60,204 bases of DNA from Deinococcaceae bacterium. Lineage in GTDB: Bacteria; Deinococcota; Deinococci; Deinococcales; Trueperaceae. A program made the translations under genes and the position numbers. How positions within the stretch are numbered: position 1 is the stretch's first letter; the number at the start of each line of letters is the position of its first letter. Positions 45,827 through 57,018 of the stretch are shown piece after piece. Location of the stretch: assembly GCA_040256005.1 (NCBI GenBank), contig JBDZWC010000001.1, positions 1 through 60,204 of the forward strand. Reading direction: 5' to 3'. Under the pieces are notes generated by a model. The model made no database searches. It saw nothing but the letters and a program-made list of their open reading frames with translations, and was not told the DNA's origin.

Positions 45827-47623
45827 TCAGTCTCTCCTGGCGCGGACCATGTAGGCCCCGCGTCTGATGCGGCTTAGCCGGTCGGGGCGTTCGGAGATGC
45901 GCTCGAGCGCCCGCTCGGCCCGCTCCTCCCCCATCCCGAGGATCTCGCCGAGCGCCTCCGCCCTGATGATGGCCGGGGTGTCTGGACGGCTCAGGTACTC
46001 CTCCACCGACCTGATGTCCAGCTCGAGGCCGCCGCTGGCGGGCGCCGCGGCCTCCGGCTCGGTGTCGACGGTGACCAGGTACTCGCCCCCGAAGTCGGCG
46101 TCGTCGATGAGCGGGACGTTGCGCTGTTCCACACGCGCCACGGTCGAATGGGTATCCGCGGCCCGAGGACCGTTTGGACTGCTGGCCCTGGAGGCAGTGG
46201 CGCGCGCCACCTGAGGCGCGGGGAACAGCGTCCCCGGCTCGTTGCCAGCCTGGTCGCTGGACCGCCCTGTCTCACCCCGCGCACGGCTCTCCAAGCGCGG
46301 GTCTGTCGAGCCACGACCGTTCTTATCGAGGAGTCGCGATCCTGCGGCAGCGGGCTCGACGCGCTGCGATCGCACGTAGCCTTCGTGACCGCCCGCGCTG
46401 GGGGTTCGATGGCCGCCTGCCTCGCCGGCCGGTTCTCCGGGTGGGACGCGGCCGACCTCGGCAGAGGGTGCCTGTGGTCTGTCACCTGTGAGCACCACGG
46501 GCCGCGGAGCTCCTACGGTCGTATCGGCGCCGCCAGCGCGGAGCGGGGCCGCCACGAGCTCCCTGCCCTGTTCCCTGCTGCCCGTGCGCTCCTCCTGGGG
46601 TTGCCCGGCCGCCCGATCCGACCTGCTGGGCCCGCTCGTGTACGGACGGTCCCTGGGCTGGGGTGCTGCAGGCCTTGCGCCCAGCCGCATCCTGGAGGAC
46701 AGGGCTGCCCAGTTGCGTGGCCTCCAACCCGAGTCCGCCGGGGTGTCGACCGGCCTCGCGGACTCGATAGGCGGTGCCCTCAGGTCAGACAGCTGCAGTG
46801 GGACCTCGGTCTCCATGGTCGCCGTGATTGGTCCGACCACTTGCTCTGCGTGATCGACGACGGCAGGCGCGGGGGACGCGCCGGCCCCGACCGACGCACT
46901 CGCCCCGTGCTGGGCGGCTGGGCGTCTCTTGACACGCACCGTGGTGAGGCCCTCGTCAGGGATCGACCCCGTCGCCGCATCAGCCCAGCTCGCCGCCGGA
47001 CCTCGCCGATCATCCTCCCAGTCGGGGTTGGCGTCCCGCGCGGGCACGTCCAGCTCGGACGGGGCCTGCGCGGAGGGCAGCCCAGGGATACGAACACGTC
47101 TTACAGCTCGCACCTCCTCGACGCTTTCCCACGGCTCCCTCGGCGCCAAGTCGTAGCTGGAGGACTTGCGCTCTGCTCTCCCCTGTTCGGCGCCCGTCTC
47201 TTCGTTCGGCCGCTGCCGCTCCCTCTTGACGCATGTCGCGCTCAGCCTCACGAGACGGCCAGCGTCCACCTCGAGCGCGAAACGGACCCGATCGTTCGAC
47301 CGGAGGCCGCGCGCGCCGAAGTGATCTCTGAGCCCGTACAGTCGCCGTGGGGCTTGGAAAGCGAGCTCGACCGCCTCTCCGTCCAGCTCCGCAGCGACGC
47401 TGCCCGGAGCGAAGTACTCGATCATCTTGAGCGGTAGTTGGATCACACCGCTGCTGACACAGACACTCGTCAGGTTCAGTTCGAACACATGTGTAGACAA
47501 TTCGGTCACCGTCCGCCCCTGGTCCGGCTTATACATCTCGGCCGCTTGGCTTGAGCACACTTTGTCACATTCTGACGGCCGTGTGTCCAGATCGTCCCGC
47601 TCTCGACGGCGACAACCCGCCAT
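45827..47623 (-). CDS. hypothetical protein: N-terminal B3/EcoRII-N-like barrel, ~400-aa Pro/Arg/Ala-rich linker, C-terminal helical (wHTH-like) domain
   Basis: The ends look protein-like. N-terminal end: VFELNLTSVCVSSGVIQLPLKMIEYFAPG...RSNDRVRFALEVDAGRLVRLS. C-terminal end: IRSVEEYLSRPDTPAIIRAEALGEILGMGEERAERALERISE. The middle is low-complexity. Start uncertain (47623 or ATG 47536). The opposite-strand ORF 46148..47437 looks like Arg-rich shadow. Confidence 0.5.
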   Translation of the reverse strand: MAGCRRRERDDLDTRPSECDKVCSSQAAEMYKPDQGRTVTELSTHVFELNLTSVCVSSGVIQLPLKMIEYFAPGSVAAELDGEAVELAFQAPRRLYGLRDHFGARGLRSNDRVRFALEVDAGRLVRLSATCVKRERQRPNEETGAEQGRAERKSSSYDLAPREPWESVEEVRAVRRVRIPGLPSAQAPSELDVPARDANPDWEDDRRGPAASWADAATGSIPDEGLTTVRVKRRPAAQHGASASVGAGASPAPAVVDHAEQVVGPITATMETEVPLQLSDLRAPPIESARPVDTPADSGWRPRNWAALSSRMRLGARPAAPQPRDRPYTSGPSRSDRAAGQPQEERTGSREQGRELVAAPLRAGGADTTVGAPRPVVLTGDRPQAPSAEVGRVPPGEPAGEAGGHRTPSAGGHEGYVRSQRVEPAAAGSRLLDKNGRGSTDPRLESRARGETGRSSDQAGNEPGTLFPAPQVARATASRASSPNGPRAADTHSTVARVEQRNVPLIDDADFGGEYLVTVDTEPEAAAPASGGLELDIRSVEEYLSRPDTPAIIRAEALGEILGMGEERAERALERISERPDRLSRIRRGAYMVRARRD

Positions 47624-47812
47624 GGGCGGACGTTTAGTGGTAGCTCATCACATTATGCGCTCCGCTTCGAGGCGCGGTAGAGCGGACGGAACGATGCGCA
47701 TCACACTCGTCCAGAACGGCGAATCAGCAGCCAACGCTGGTCGGTCGGACCGACCGGTACGGCCGCCGTGATCCCGCACGTGCTCGCGTGGACCGCTCTT
47801 GGCCGACCGGGC

Positions 47813-48217
47813 CTACCTTGGCTCGTGGAAGATGAACACGCCTCGTACCGCGCCGGGCTGAGGTTCGGTGAGGAACAGCTCCACCGAGCCGTACGCGCCC
47901 GAACCGAAGGTGAGCTCCACAGCCCAGACACCGTTCGCCGATCGCCACGGTCCCAGACGGAGCTCGGCGGCAGCGTACTGGTCCGCTACCTCCGTGAGCG
48001 CCTCAGCCAGGCTGCTCGCACCCGCGGGGCTGGCGACGAAACAGACGTCGTGCTGGTAGGTGGTCAGCGTGCAGATCGATTCCTCGGCGTGGAAGGCCGC
48101 CAGTAGGTCGGTGACGACTGGCGCGTAGGCTGACGCCATGAGGCTGTCCTTGGCCCAGACCACCAGGCTCGCGGTCACGAACCCGAGCGCTACGATCAGG
48201 CGCCTCACGGCCGACAT
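47813..48217 (-). CDS. hypothetical small secreted protein
   Basis: ATG 48217 gives MSAVRRLIVALGFVTASLVVWA (signal-peptide-like). I recognise no family motif. Confidence 0.45.
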   Translation of the reverse strand: MSAVRRLIVALGFVTASLVVWAKDSLMASAYAPVVTDLLAAFHAEESICTLTTYQHDVCFVASPAGASSLAEALTEVADQYAAAELRLGPWRSANGVWAVELTFGSGAYGSVELFLTEPQPGAVRGVFIFHEPR

Positions 48218-48455
48218 CGGAACCTCGCGACCGATATACGACCTGCGGTGGGGTGCTGGGATGGGCGCGGGCGAGCGATCAGCATGGAGTGTGGATGGCA
48301 CCCTTCGGGAGGCGTCGAACGCCGTTGGGGGGGAACGGCGCTCGACGCAGCAGCCATTGTTCCATCGCCCCAGACGCCAGACATGAGGGGCTTCCCACAA
48401 CTTCGTCACGCTCCAGAGCCGCATCGCGAACGACCGATGTTAGCCTGGCTGGACC

Positions 48456-49559
48456 TTGACCGAAGCCGGGACGATCGATCAGCCGGGTCTCTTCGACCTG
48501 CGGGAATACTCGTCGCCAGACCGTGTGGACGGAAGCGTCGTACTCACTGAACCAACCCGCGGCGACCCGCTGCCTCGCGAAGGCGACTCCGGTGCGGTGC
48601 CGCCCACCTCGGGCGCAGACGCCCCGTCCTCCGCGGCCACCCCGGAAGACAACGAGCGCTGGGAGGCGCTCGTCGCCGACCTGGAAGCGACCGGGCGTTA
48701 CCGCGTCCTACGCCGCTTCGACGAACGGCTCGACGATCCGCCGGCGCCGGTCGTTGGCTCGGGGGTCCGCAAGGGCGTCTACCTCGACGTCGAGACGACC
48801 GGGCTCATGGCCCATGACCGCATCATCGAGCTGGCGATGCTCGTCTTCCATTACGACGAGACTGGCAGGGTCGTACACGTGACCGAGGCGTTCGATCGCC
48901 TGGAGGACCCGGGACGCACGATCCCGGCCGACGTCGTCTCCCTCACAGGCATCACGAACGACATGGTGAGGGGTCAACGTATCCTCGACGAGGAGGTAGC
49001 GCGGCTACTGGATGGGGTCGACCTGGTCGTGGCGCACAACGCCGGGTTCGACCGCCAGTTCGCTGAGGCACGCTTCCCGTTCTTCAGCGAGGTCGACTGG
49101 GCCTGCTCGATGGCCGACGTCGACTGGTCGGCCGGGGGTCTCAGGAGCCGCCGGCTGGAGAACCTGGCGCTGGCGAAGGGGTACTTCTACCAGGCTCACC
49201 GCGCGATCTACGACTGTCACGTCGCGCTGGGCCTGCTACGGATGCCCATCCGCGAGTCCGGACCACCGGCCTTCGCCGACCTGCTGCAGCGCTCGGCGGC
49301 CGTGTGGGTGAGGCTCTGGGCCGAAGGCAGTCCGTTCGAGAAGAAGGACGACCTCAAGGCTCGCGGGTACCGCTGGAGCGGGCAGGCCAAGGCCTGGTGG
49401 AAGGACCTGCCCGCCTCGCAACACGAGGCCGAGGTCGAGTGGTTGGCGGACAACGTCTACCCCAGACGGCGCGCTCTCCCCTTCCTGACCATCACCCCTA
49501 GGAACCGCTACTCCCGCCGCCTGCCGGAGGCTCCGCCGGCGAGCGCCGAGAGGCTCTGA
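48456..49559 (+). CDS. DEDDh 3'-5' exonuclease (DnaQ/epsilon-like) with disordered N-terminus and Trp-rich C-terminal domain
   Basis: ExoI is YLDVETTGL, ExoII is VAHNAGFDRQF, ExoIII is HRAIYDCHV. The C-terminal domain contains KARGYRWSGQAKAWWKDL. TTG start. Confidence 0.8.
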   Translation: MTEAGTIDQPGLFDLREYSSPDRVDGSVVLTEPTRGDPLPREGDSGAVPPTSGADAPSSAATPEDNERWEALVADLEATGRYRVLRRFDERLDDPPAPVVGSGVRKGVYLDVETTGLMAHDRIIELAMLVFHYDETGRVVHVTEAFDRLEDPGRTIPADVVSLTGITNDMVRGQRILDEEVARLLDGVDLVVAHNAGFDRQFAEARFPFFSEVDWACSMADVDWSAGGLRSRRLENLALAKGYFYQAHRAIYDCHVALGLLRMPIRESGPPAFADLLQRSAAVWVRLWAEGSPFEKKDDLKARGYRWSGQAKAWWKDLPASQHEAEVEWLADNVYPRRRALPFLTITPRNRYSRRLPEAPPASAERL

Positions 49560-49572
49560 GCGCGCCATTGCG

Positions 49573-50133
49573 TTATTGCGCGAGCGCTTGAGCGAGTTGC
49601 TCGCGCGCGGAGCTAAGTTGGGACTGGTCGACCGGGCCGCCCCTGGCGAGGGCGACCTCCAACGCCGTGAACTCCCGTTCACCGACGGGCAGCAGCTCCC
49701 GGTTGCCCCAGGCGGTGGCAACGTGGTTGAGGACCAGCGCCAGTTCCTGGTCGCCAAGGTGACCGAACGACGGCATGAGCCCGTCGTAGCTCCGGCCCGC
49801 CACGTTCACGTCGCCGGAGAGGCCGTGCAGTAACACCCTGACCAGGTACCACCGCCCACCGTCAACGCCCAGAAGCTCCGGGACCACTGCCGCCAAGGGA
49901 GGGTACGCCCCCACCAGACCGTCTCCCGTGTAGCCGTGGCAAGCGGCGCAGTCGGCCTCGTAACGGGCCCGGCCCGCCGTCGTGTCCAACGTGGCTAGGT
50001 CCCTGCCCACGGGCACCGGTGACGAAGCGTCGCCGATCGACGTGAACGACGCTGCCGCGGCGCACACCGCCACAGCGCATAGACCGAGCGCCATCCACCG
50101 CAGGCCCGCTGGACGTCCGGCCGTACGCCTCAC
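49573..50133 (-). CDS. class I c-type cytochrome (secreted)
   Basis: Heme motif CAACHG. Signal-like MALGLCAVAVCAAAA. GTG 50133 overlaps the polX TGA (GTGA). ATG 50094 is an alternative start. Confidence 0.7.
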   Translation of the reverse strand: MRRTAGRPAGLRWMALGLCAVAVCAAAASFTSIGDASSPVPVGRDLATLDTTAGRARYEADCAACHGYTGDGLVGAYPPLAAVVPELLGVDGGRWYLVRVLLHGLSGDVNVAGRSYDGLMPSFGHLGDQELALVLNHVATAWGNRELLPVGEREFTALEVALARGGPVDQSQLSSAREQLAQALAQ

Positions 50134-51872
50134 GCCTTGGCGAGGAACGCCAGTACCTCGGGCAGGGGCCGCGTGTTGACGACGTCTTCCGCCGTGAGCC
50201 AGGCCCGCCTGGCCTGATCGACGCCCAGGCGCATCACGCCGAGGCCACGCACCGAGTGGGCGTCGGAGCCGATGAAGACCTTGAGCCCCGCAGCGACGGC
50301 CGAGCGCAGGTGGACGTCGGGGAGGTCCAGTCGACGTGCCGACGAGTTGTGTTCGACCGCCACGTGGTTGGCCGCACAAGCGGCGAACACCTCGGTCAGG
50401 TCGATCGCTATGGGGTCCCGTTGACCGATCTGACGGCCCAACGGGTGCGCGTAGACGTTGACGCGCGGGTGCGACAGCGCCTTGACGACGCGCTCGGTCT
50501 GTACCGACTCGGGTAGCTCGAAGAAGCTGTGTACGCTCACGATGACGACGTCGAGGTTCGCCAACTGCTCGTCGGTCACGTCGAGGCTGCCGTCCTTAAG
50601 TATGTCGACCTCCATACCGCGCAGTACGCGGATGTCTTCCCGGCCGGCTATCAACCCTGCGAGCTCGGCGTGCTGGCGCCTCAGCTTGTCGTCGTCCAGT
50701 CCCCCTTGCAACGCGAGCGACCCGCTGTGGTCGGTGATCGCCATGTACTCGTAGCCCAGTGCGGCGCACCCTTCGATCATCGCTGCCAAGCTGTCGCGTC
50801 CGTCGGACCAGGTCGAGTGCATGTGGAGATCGCCACGCAGGTCCGTCAGCTCGATCAGGTCGGGTAGGGCGCCCGCCGCGGCCCCGGCGACCTCTCCCCT
50901 GCCTTCTCGCAGCTCCGGCGGCACGAACGCCAGACCGAGTCCGGCGTAGATCTCCTCCTCCGTGGCGCCAGCGAGCCGCTTGCCGCCGGGTCGGTCCTTG
51001 CCTGCCGAGCCGCCCGCGAACAACCCGTACTCGTTGAGGTGCCAGCCCTTGTCCAGGGCCAGCTGCCTCAGCTCGACGTTGTGCTCCTTGGAGCCCGTGA
51101 AGTACAGGACCGCCGCACCATAGCTCGCCTCCTCGACCGTCCTCAGGTCGACCTGGAGGCCGCTCCGCAGGTCCACGCTGGTCTTGGTCTCACCCGTGCC
51201 CAACACCGCAGCGACCTCGTCGTACGTGGCCAGCGCAGCGTGCAAGGCGGCCGGCTCAGTGGCGACGGCCACCAGGTCGACGTCACCGACGCTCTCCTTG
51301 CGACGCCGGTAGGACCCTGCGACCTCGAGGCGCCGGACGCCGGGCACCGCCAACAACCGCTCGAGCAGCGGGACGAGAACGGCGTCCACGTGGCCGAGAG
51401 GAAGGCGCCCGACGTTCCGCCTGTAGCTGTCTATGCCGCGGAGGATCCGCTCGGCGGACTTGGCACCGAAGCCCTTCAGCTCGGTCAGGCGGCCCGCCCG
51501 CGCAGCGGCCTCGAGGTCGTCGACCGACTGCACGCCCAACGCCCTCCAGAGCGTCGCTGCCTGCTTGGGTCCGACCCCCTTCACGCGCGTGAGGTCGAGC
51601 AGACCCACCGGCACCCGCTCCTCGAGCTCGATCAGCTGCGGCATGACGCCCGTTTCGACCAGGGTACGTACCTTGGCCGCTATCTCTCTCCCTACTCCCT
51701 TGATCGCGGTGAGATCCGCCCCGCCCGCCAACAGCTCCTCGACCGGGGTCTCTATGTCCCTGATCGTCGCCGCCGCGTTCCGATACGCGCGCACCTTGAA
51801 CGGGTTGTCGCCATCGAGCTCCGAGAGGTCGGCCAACCGGTCGAGCTGCCTGGCTATCTCGGCGTTGCTCAT
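50130..51872 (-). CDS. polX: family X DNA polymerase with C-terminal PHP domain
   Basis: N-terminus MSNAEIARQLDRLADLSELDGDNPFKVRAYRNAA (HhH, 8-kDa-like). Pol-beta-like core with GSYRRRKESVGDVDL. PHP motifs DLHMHSTWSDG and ITDH. Confidence 0.9.
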   Translation of the reverse strand: MSNAEIARQLDRLADLSELDGDNPFKVRAYRNAAATIRDIETPVEELLAGGADLTAIKGVGREIAAKVRTLVETGVMPQLIELEERVPVGLLDLTRVKGVGPKQAATLWRALGVQSVDDLEAAARAGRLTELKGFGAKSAERILRGIDSYRRNVGRLPLGHVDAVLVPLLERLLAVPGVRRLEVAGSYRRRKESVGDVDLVAVATEPAALHAALATYDEVAAVLGTGETKTSVDLRSGLQVDLRTVEEASYGAAVLYFTGSKEHNVELRQLALDKGWHLNEYGLFAGGSAGKDRPGGKRLAGATEEEIYAGLGLAFVPPELREGRGEVAGAAAGALPDLIELTDLRGDLHMHSTWSDGRDSLAAMIEGCAALGYEYMAITDHSGSLALQGGLDDDKLRRQHAELAGLIAGREDIRVLRGMEVDILKDGSLDVTDEQLANLDVVIVSVHSFFELPESVQTERVVKALSHPRVNVYAHPLGRQIGQRDPIAIDLTEVFAACAANHVAVEHNSSARRLDLPDVHLRSAVAAGLKVFIGSDAHSVRGLGVMRLGVDQARRAWLTAEDVVNTRPLPEVLAFLAKA

Positions 51873-51897
51873 GGCACGGGGGGCGGGCGCCTCGCCA

Positions 51898-54223
<2,326 letters not shown>

Positions 54224-54266
54224 ACTACCTTAGTAAATGAGGTGGCCGTGTGATCTGTCCTACAGA

Positions 54267-54932
54267 TCAGGCCAGGCGCTGCACGCAGGCGGGGCTGTCG
54301 AACCTCGGACTGCCCACGGACCTGTCAACGGGATGCATGGTAAGGACGCCGGCGTCGGCCGGATCGAGCAGGTCCTCGAGTCTTGTCGGGTCCTTCTCCT
54401 CGACGTCGAGCCAACGGCCCCACTCCCCCTTCTCGAGGACCACGGGCATCCTGTCGTGCAGCTCTCGCATCTCGACGTTGGCGTCCGTGGTCAGGATGGT
54501 GCACGACGCGATTGGCGCCTCACCGTTGCGGTTGACCGCCCAGAGGCCGGCGAAGGCCAGCGGCTGCCCATCCGTCCGGTACACGTAGTAGGGCTGCTTA
54601 GCCCCGCCTTCGGTACGCCACTCGTAGAAGCCAGAGGCCGGCACCAGGCAGCGTTGCGACCTCATGGGGTCACGGAACGACGGCTTGTCCGCCGCGCTCT
54701 CCGCGCGCGCGTTGAACAGGTTCGACCTGAAGTCCTTGGGGTCCTTCACCCAGTGCGGCAGCAGACCCCAGCGCATCTCCTCCATGACCCTGCTCCCGTC
54801 GGAACGCTGTCTGATCACGGGCACGGTGCTCGTCGGGGCGATGTTGTAGCGCGGCGTGAGCGGGTAGGTCTCGACCTCGAAGAGCGTTGCCAGGTCGTCC
54901 TCGTGGCTGTACAGCGTGTAGCGCCCGCACAT
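54267..54932 (-). CDS. SOS response-associated peptidase (SRAP/YedK family, abasic-site DNA-protein crosslink sensor)
   Basis: N-terminal MCGRY with catalytic Cys2. YNIAPT and WGLLPHW motifs. 221 aa. The ATG directly abuts the rep stop codon. Confidence 0.9.
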   Translation of the reverse strand: MCGRYTLYSHEDDLATLFEVETYPLTPRYNIAPTSTVPVIRQRSDGSRVMEEMRWGLLPHWVKDPKDFRSNLFNARAESAADKPSFRDPMRSQRCLVPASGFYEWRTEGGAKQPYYVYRTDGQPLAFAGLWAVNRNGEAPIASCTILTTDANVEMRELHDRMPVVLEKGEWGRWLDVEEKDPTRLEDLLDPADAGVLTMHPVDRSVGSPRFDSPACVQRLA

Positions 54933-56438
54933 CTAAGCCGCCTCCTCCAGCGCGACCAGGATCGACTCCCGCGCCTGGGCAGAGTACTCCGACAGCACGT
55001 TCTCGGTGCCGACGTAGGCCTTCACGTCACGGAGGTGGGAGGGGAAGGTCACGAAGCCGTGGCTCGCCATCACGTCCGTGCGCTTGGATTCGTACAGCGT
55101 GCCGCGCCAGTCGTCCGCGCCGATTCGCTCCAGGGTGAAGCGGTGCAGGGTGGCCTGCATGATCGTATGCACCAGCTCCCGGTTGTCTGGCGTCATCGCC
55201 TGCCAAGCGGCGCTGGCCAGGCGCTTGCGTGCTTGGTGGAACGCCTCGAGGATGCTGGCGGCGATGCTGCGCGCCTCGTCGGCCGTCATCGCCGCGTCCG
55301 CAGCTTCGTCGGCGATCTGCTCGGCGGGCGGTTCGACGCCCTGCGTCAGCAGGCTGTTGACGAAGCCGGCCAGGTTGTAGATCGGCCGTCCTGCCCCCTC
55401 CGCCTTCGCCTGCAGCTGGCGTGCGTAGGCGACTATGCGCAGCACGCGGTCGGCGCCGTGATGCCCGACGGTACGGTCGGCATCCTGAGCCCAGCCGATC
55501 TCCCTGAGCGCGTCCGTGGCTTGCAGCTCTCGCAGCAGTCGCTGCTTGTCCGCGGGGCGCGGCACCCGCTTCGCGAGGCTGGCCGGTAGCCGGATACGTG
55601 GCTTGAAGACGTCGTTCTTCTCGATACGGAAGGTTACGCGCTGGTACTTGCGTCCGACCTTGGCCGCTTCGTAGTCGAAGACGAGGCATGTGTACTTGGC
55701 GAACTCCTGCTGCGCCCTGTCGAGCACGTACTTGAAGTCCTTGAAGCGCTCGTACTTGCCGTCGAGCCCGAGTCGCAGCTTGAGGTCGTCGACGTCGAAG
55801 GTCAAGCGTCGCCTCTCGCCGGCGTAGCTCGCGGTGTACAGCACCTCGAAGAGCCTCATGCTGTTGAAGCTCTCGAAGCTCAGGAGCTGGTCCGTAGGGA
55901 TGATGCTGAAGTCACGACGCAACTGCAAGAGGTACGGCTTGAGCTTCTCGTGGATCTTCAGCTCTATGCAGGCCATCTGATCCTTGCTGTCGCGGCCGTT
56001 CTCGTAGCGCGCCTCGGAGACCCACTGGAACATCACCCAGTCCCCGTTGGGCTCCTTGACTTGGACCGTCTGCTCGAGCAGCTCCCGTGCCGACTCCTCG
56101 ATCCGCGAGTAGATGCTCTTCCCCTTGATGTTGAACAGCTGAGCGAACTCCCAAGCCGTGATGCGGATGGGCTGGAGGTCCTCGTCGTTCCGGGTCACGT
56201 CCGACAGCGCCAGTACCAGCAGGCGCTTGCTGAGGATCCCCATCTCCTGCCGGCTGAGCGCCAGCGGGTTCGCTTGAGTCACCGACAACTTCGAGCCGCC
56301 GCGGTCTAGGGCTCGCGTCTCCCCTCTCCGGCCCCTCCCGGGACCCGCCGTGCCCCGCCTGCCCTTCACAGCGAGCGGCTCTACCTCCACCGCGGTAACC
56401 TCATCCACGGGCGTCGTACCTCTGTTCGAAGCGTCCAT
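54933..56438 (-). CDS. plasmid-type replication initiator (Rep_3/RepB-like winged-helix initiator) with a long C-terminal extension
   Basis: The core (aa ~50-300) reads like Rep_3 initiators: VTQANPLALSRQEMGILSKRLLVLALS, ITAWEFAQLFNIKGKSIYSRIEESARELL, FESFNSMRLFEVL. Iterons lie immediately upstream. A ~45-aa disordered N-terminus and a ~200-aa helical C-terminus are unassigned. Confidence 0.85.
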   Translation of the reverse strand: MDASNRGTTPVDEVTAVEVEPLAVKGRRGTAGPGRGRRGETRALDRGGSKLSVTQANPLALSRQEMGILSKRLLVLALSDVTRNDEDLQPIRITAWEFAQLFNIKGKSIYSRIEESARELLEQTVQVKEPNGDWVMFQWVSEARYENGRDSKDQMACIELKIHEKLKPYLLQLRRDFSIIPTDQLLSFESFNSMRLFEVLYTASYAGERRRLTFDVDDLKLRLGLDGKYERFKDFKYVLDRAQQEFAKYTCLVFDYEAAKVGRKYQRVTFRIEKNDVFKPRIRLPASLAKRVPRPADKQRLLRELQATDALREIGWAQDADRTVGHHGADRVLRIVAYARQLQAKAEGAGRPIYNLAGFVNSLLTQGVEPPAEQIADEAADAAMTADEARSIAASILEAFHQARKRLASAAWQAMTPDNRELVHTIMQATLHRFTLERIGADDWRGTLYESKRTDVMASHGFVTFPSHLRDVKAYVGTENVLSEYSAQARESILVALEEAA

Positions 56439-56471
56439 CCCGCCCTTCCAAGCCCGGAGACCTTCCTGCGC

Positions 56472-56501
56472 ATCCTACGTCCGGTGGGAATGAACCGTCA
56501 A
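56472..56501 (-). promoter_or_regulatory. candidate rep promoter
   Basis: On the minus strand, TTGACG (56501-56496), 18 nt, TAGGAT (56477-56472). The -10 lies ~34 nt upstream of the rep ATG. The -35 is flanked by degenerate iteron copies, consistent with autoregulation. Confidence 0.4.
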
Positions 56502-56726
56502 CGCTTTCCCGCTAGTTCCCCCTTTCCCGGGGAGAGCGCATCCAGGTTCCCCATTTTCCCCGGTTCGGTCCCCCGTCTTCCCCGGTTGGTACCGCCGCTT
56601 CCCCGCCGAGGTCCCGCCGCTTCCCCGCTCCGGTACCCGAACCTTCCCGCCAGGGTACCCCCGCTGTCCCGCTCAACGTCGAACAGCCCCGTCCTGAACG
56701 CACTTCCCGGCGTTCCCTAATGGGAA
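56497..56726. repeat. iteron array (six 22-bp-phased units plus degenerate copies) ending in an inverted half-iteron palindrome
   Basis: Units start at 56545, 56567, 56588, 56610, 56632 and 56654, each GGT(A/C)CC..(C)TTCCCG. Degenerate CTTTCCCG copies sit at 56504-56511 and 56522-56529, and CTTCCCG at 56703-56709. The palindrome TTCCCTAATGGGAA is at 56713-56726. Confidence 0.85.
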
Positions 56727-56812
56727 TCTGAAATGGAGCTGAAGAACCTCAACAACCCAAAGCTTGCTGTTGCTCTCTTCCAGAAGTCAGCCAGATCTCG
56801 AGATCGAGACGC
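56713..56812. other. AT-richer stretch, candidate DNA-unwinding element
   Basis: My hand count over these ~100 nt gives about half G+C, against clearly higher G+C on both sides. It is adjacent to the iteron array and has no convincing ORF. Confidence 0.4.
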
Positions 56813-56910
56813 CCTCGGTTCCGCAAGTACCGGCCGTTTCCCACTTCGGAAGGCGCGGGCTGCAGCCCGAAACCTCGCTGGCTCGGGCCGATGAACGCAC
56901 CCAGACCGGC

Positions 56911-57018
56911 GGTACCCCCTCTCCCCTACCGGGCATAGGCGCCGGCTACAGGTCCGCATGGCGGCCCGGACATGGCGCTCGCGCAGCACCAGGCACAAAC
57001 GGGAAAGCGACGGTACTC
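56911..57018. repeat. two isolated iteron copies in opposite orientations
   Basis: GGTACCCCCTCTCCCC (56911-56926) has the same orientation as the left array. GGGAAAGCGACGGTACTC (57001-57018) has the same orientation as the right cluster. Confidence 0.6.

Noticed and set aside
42029-49559. Looked for attL/attR-type direct repeats, a tRNA target or phage/IS genes that would define an integrated element around the recombinase.
   Set aside because: By eye I found no direct repeats of 15 bp or longer, no tRNA gene and no capsid, terminase or transposase genes. The stretch only looks accessory: hypothetical genes and AT-richer patches.
56484-56720. 78-aa plus-strand ORF (MGMNRQRFPASSPFPGES...) covering the iteron array.
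   Set aside because: Its Pro/Arg/Leu periodic sequence is simply the 22-bp DNA repeat translated, so the repeat explains the open frame.
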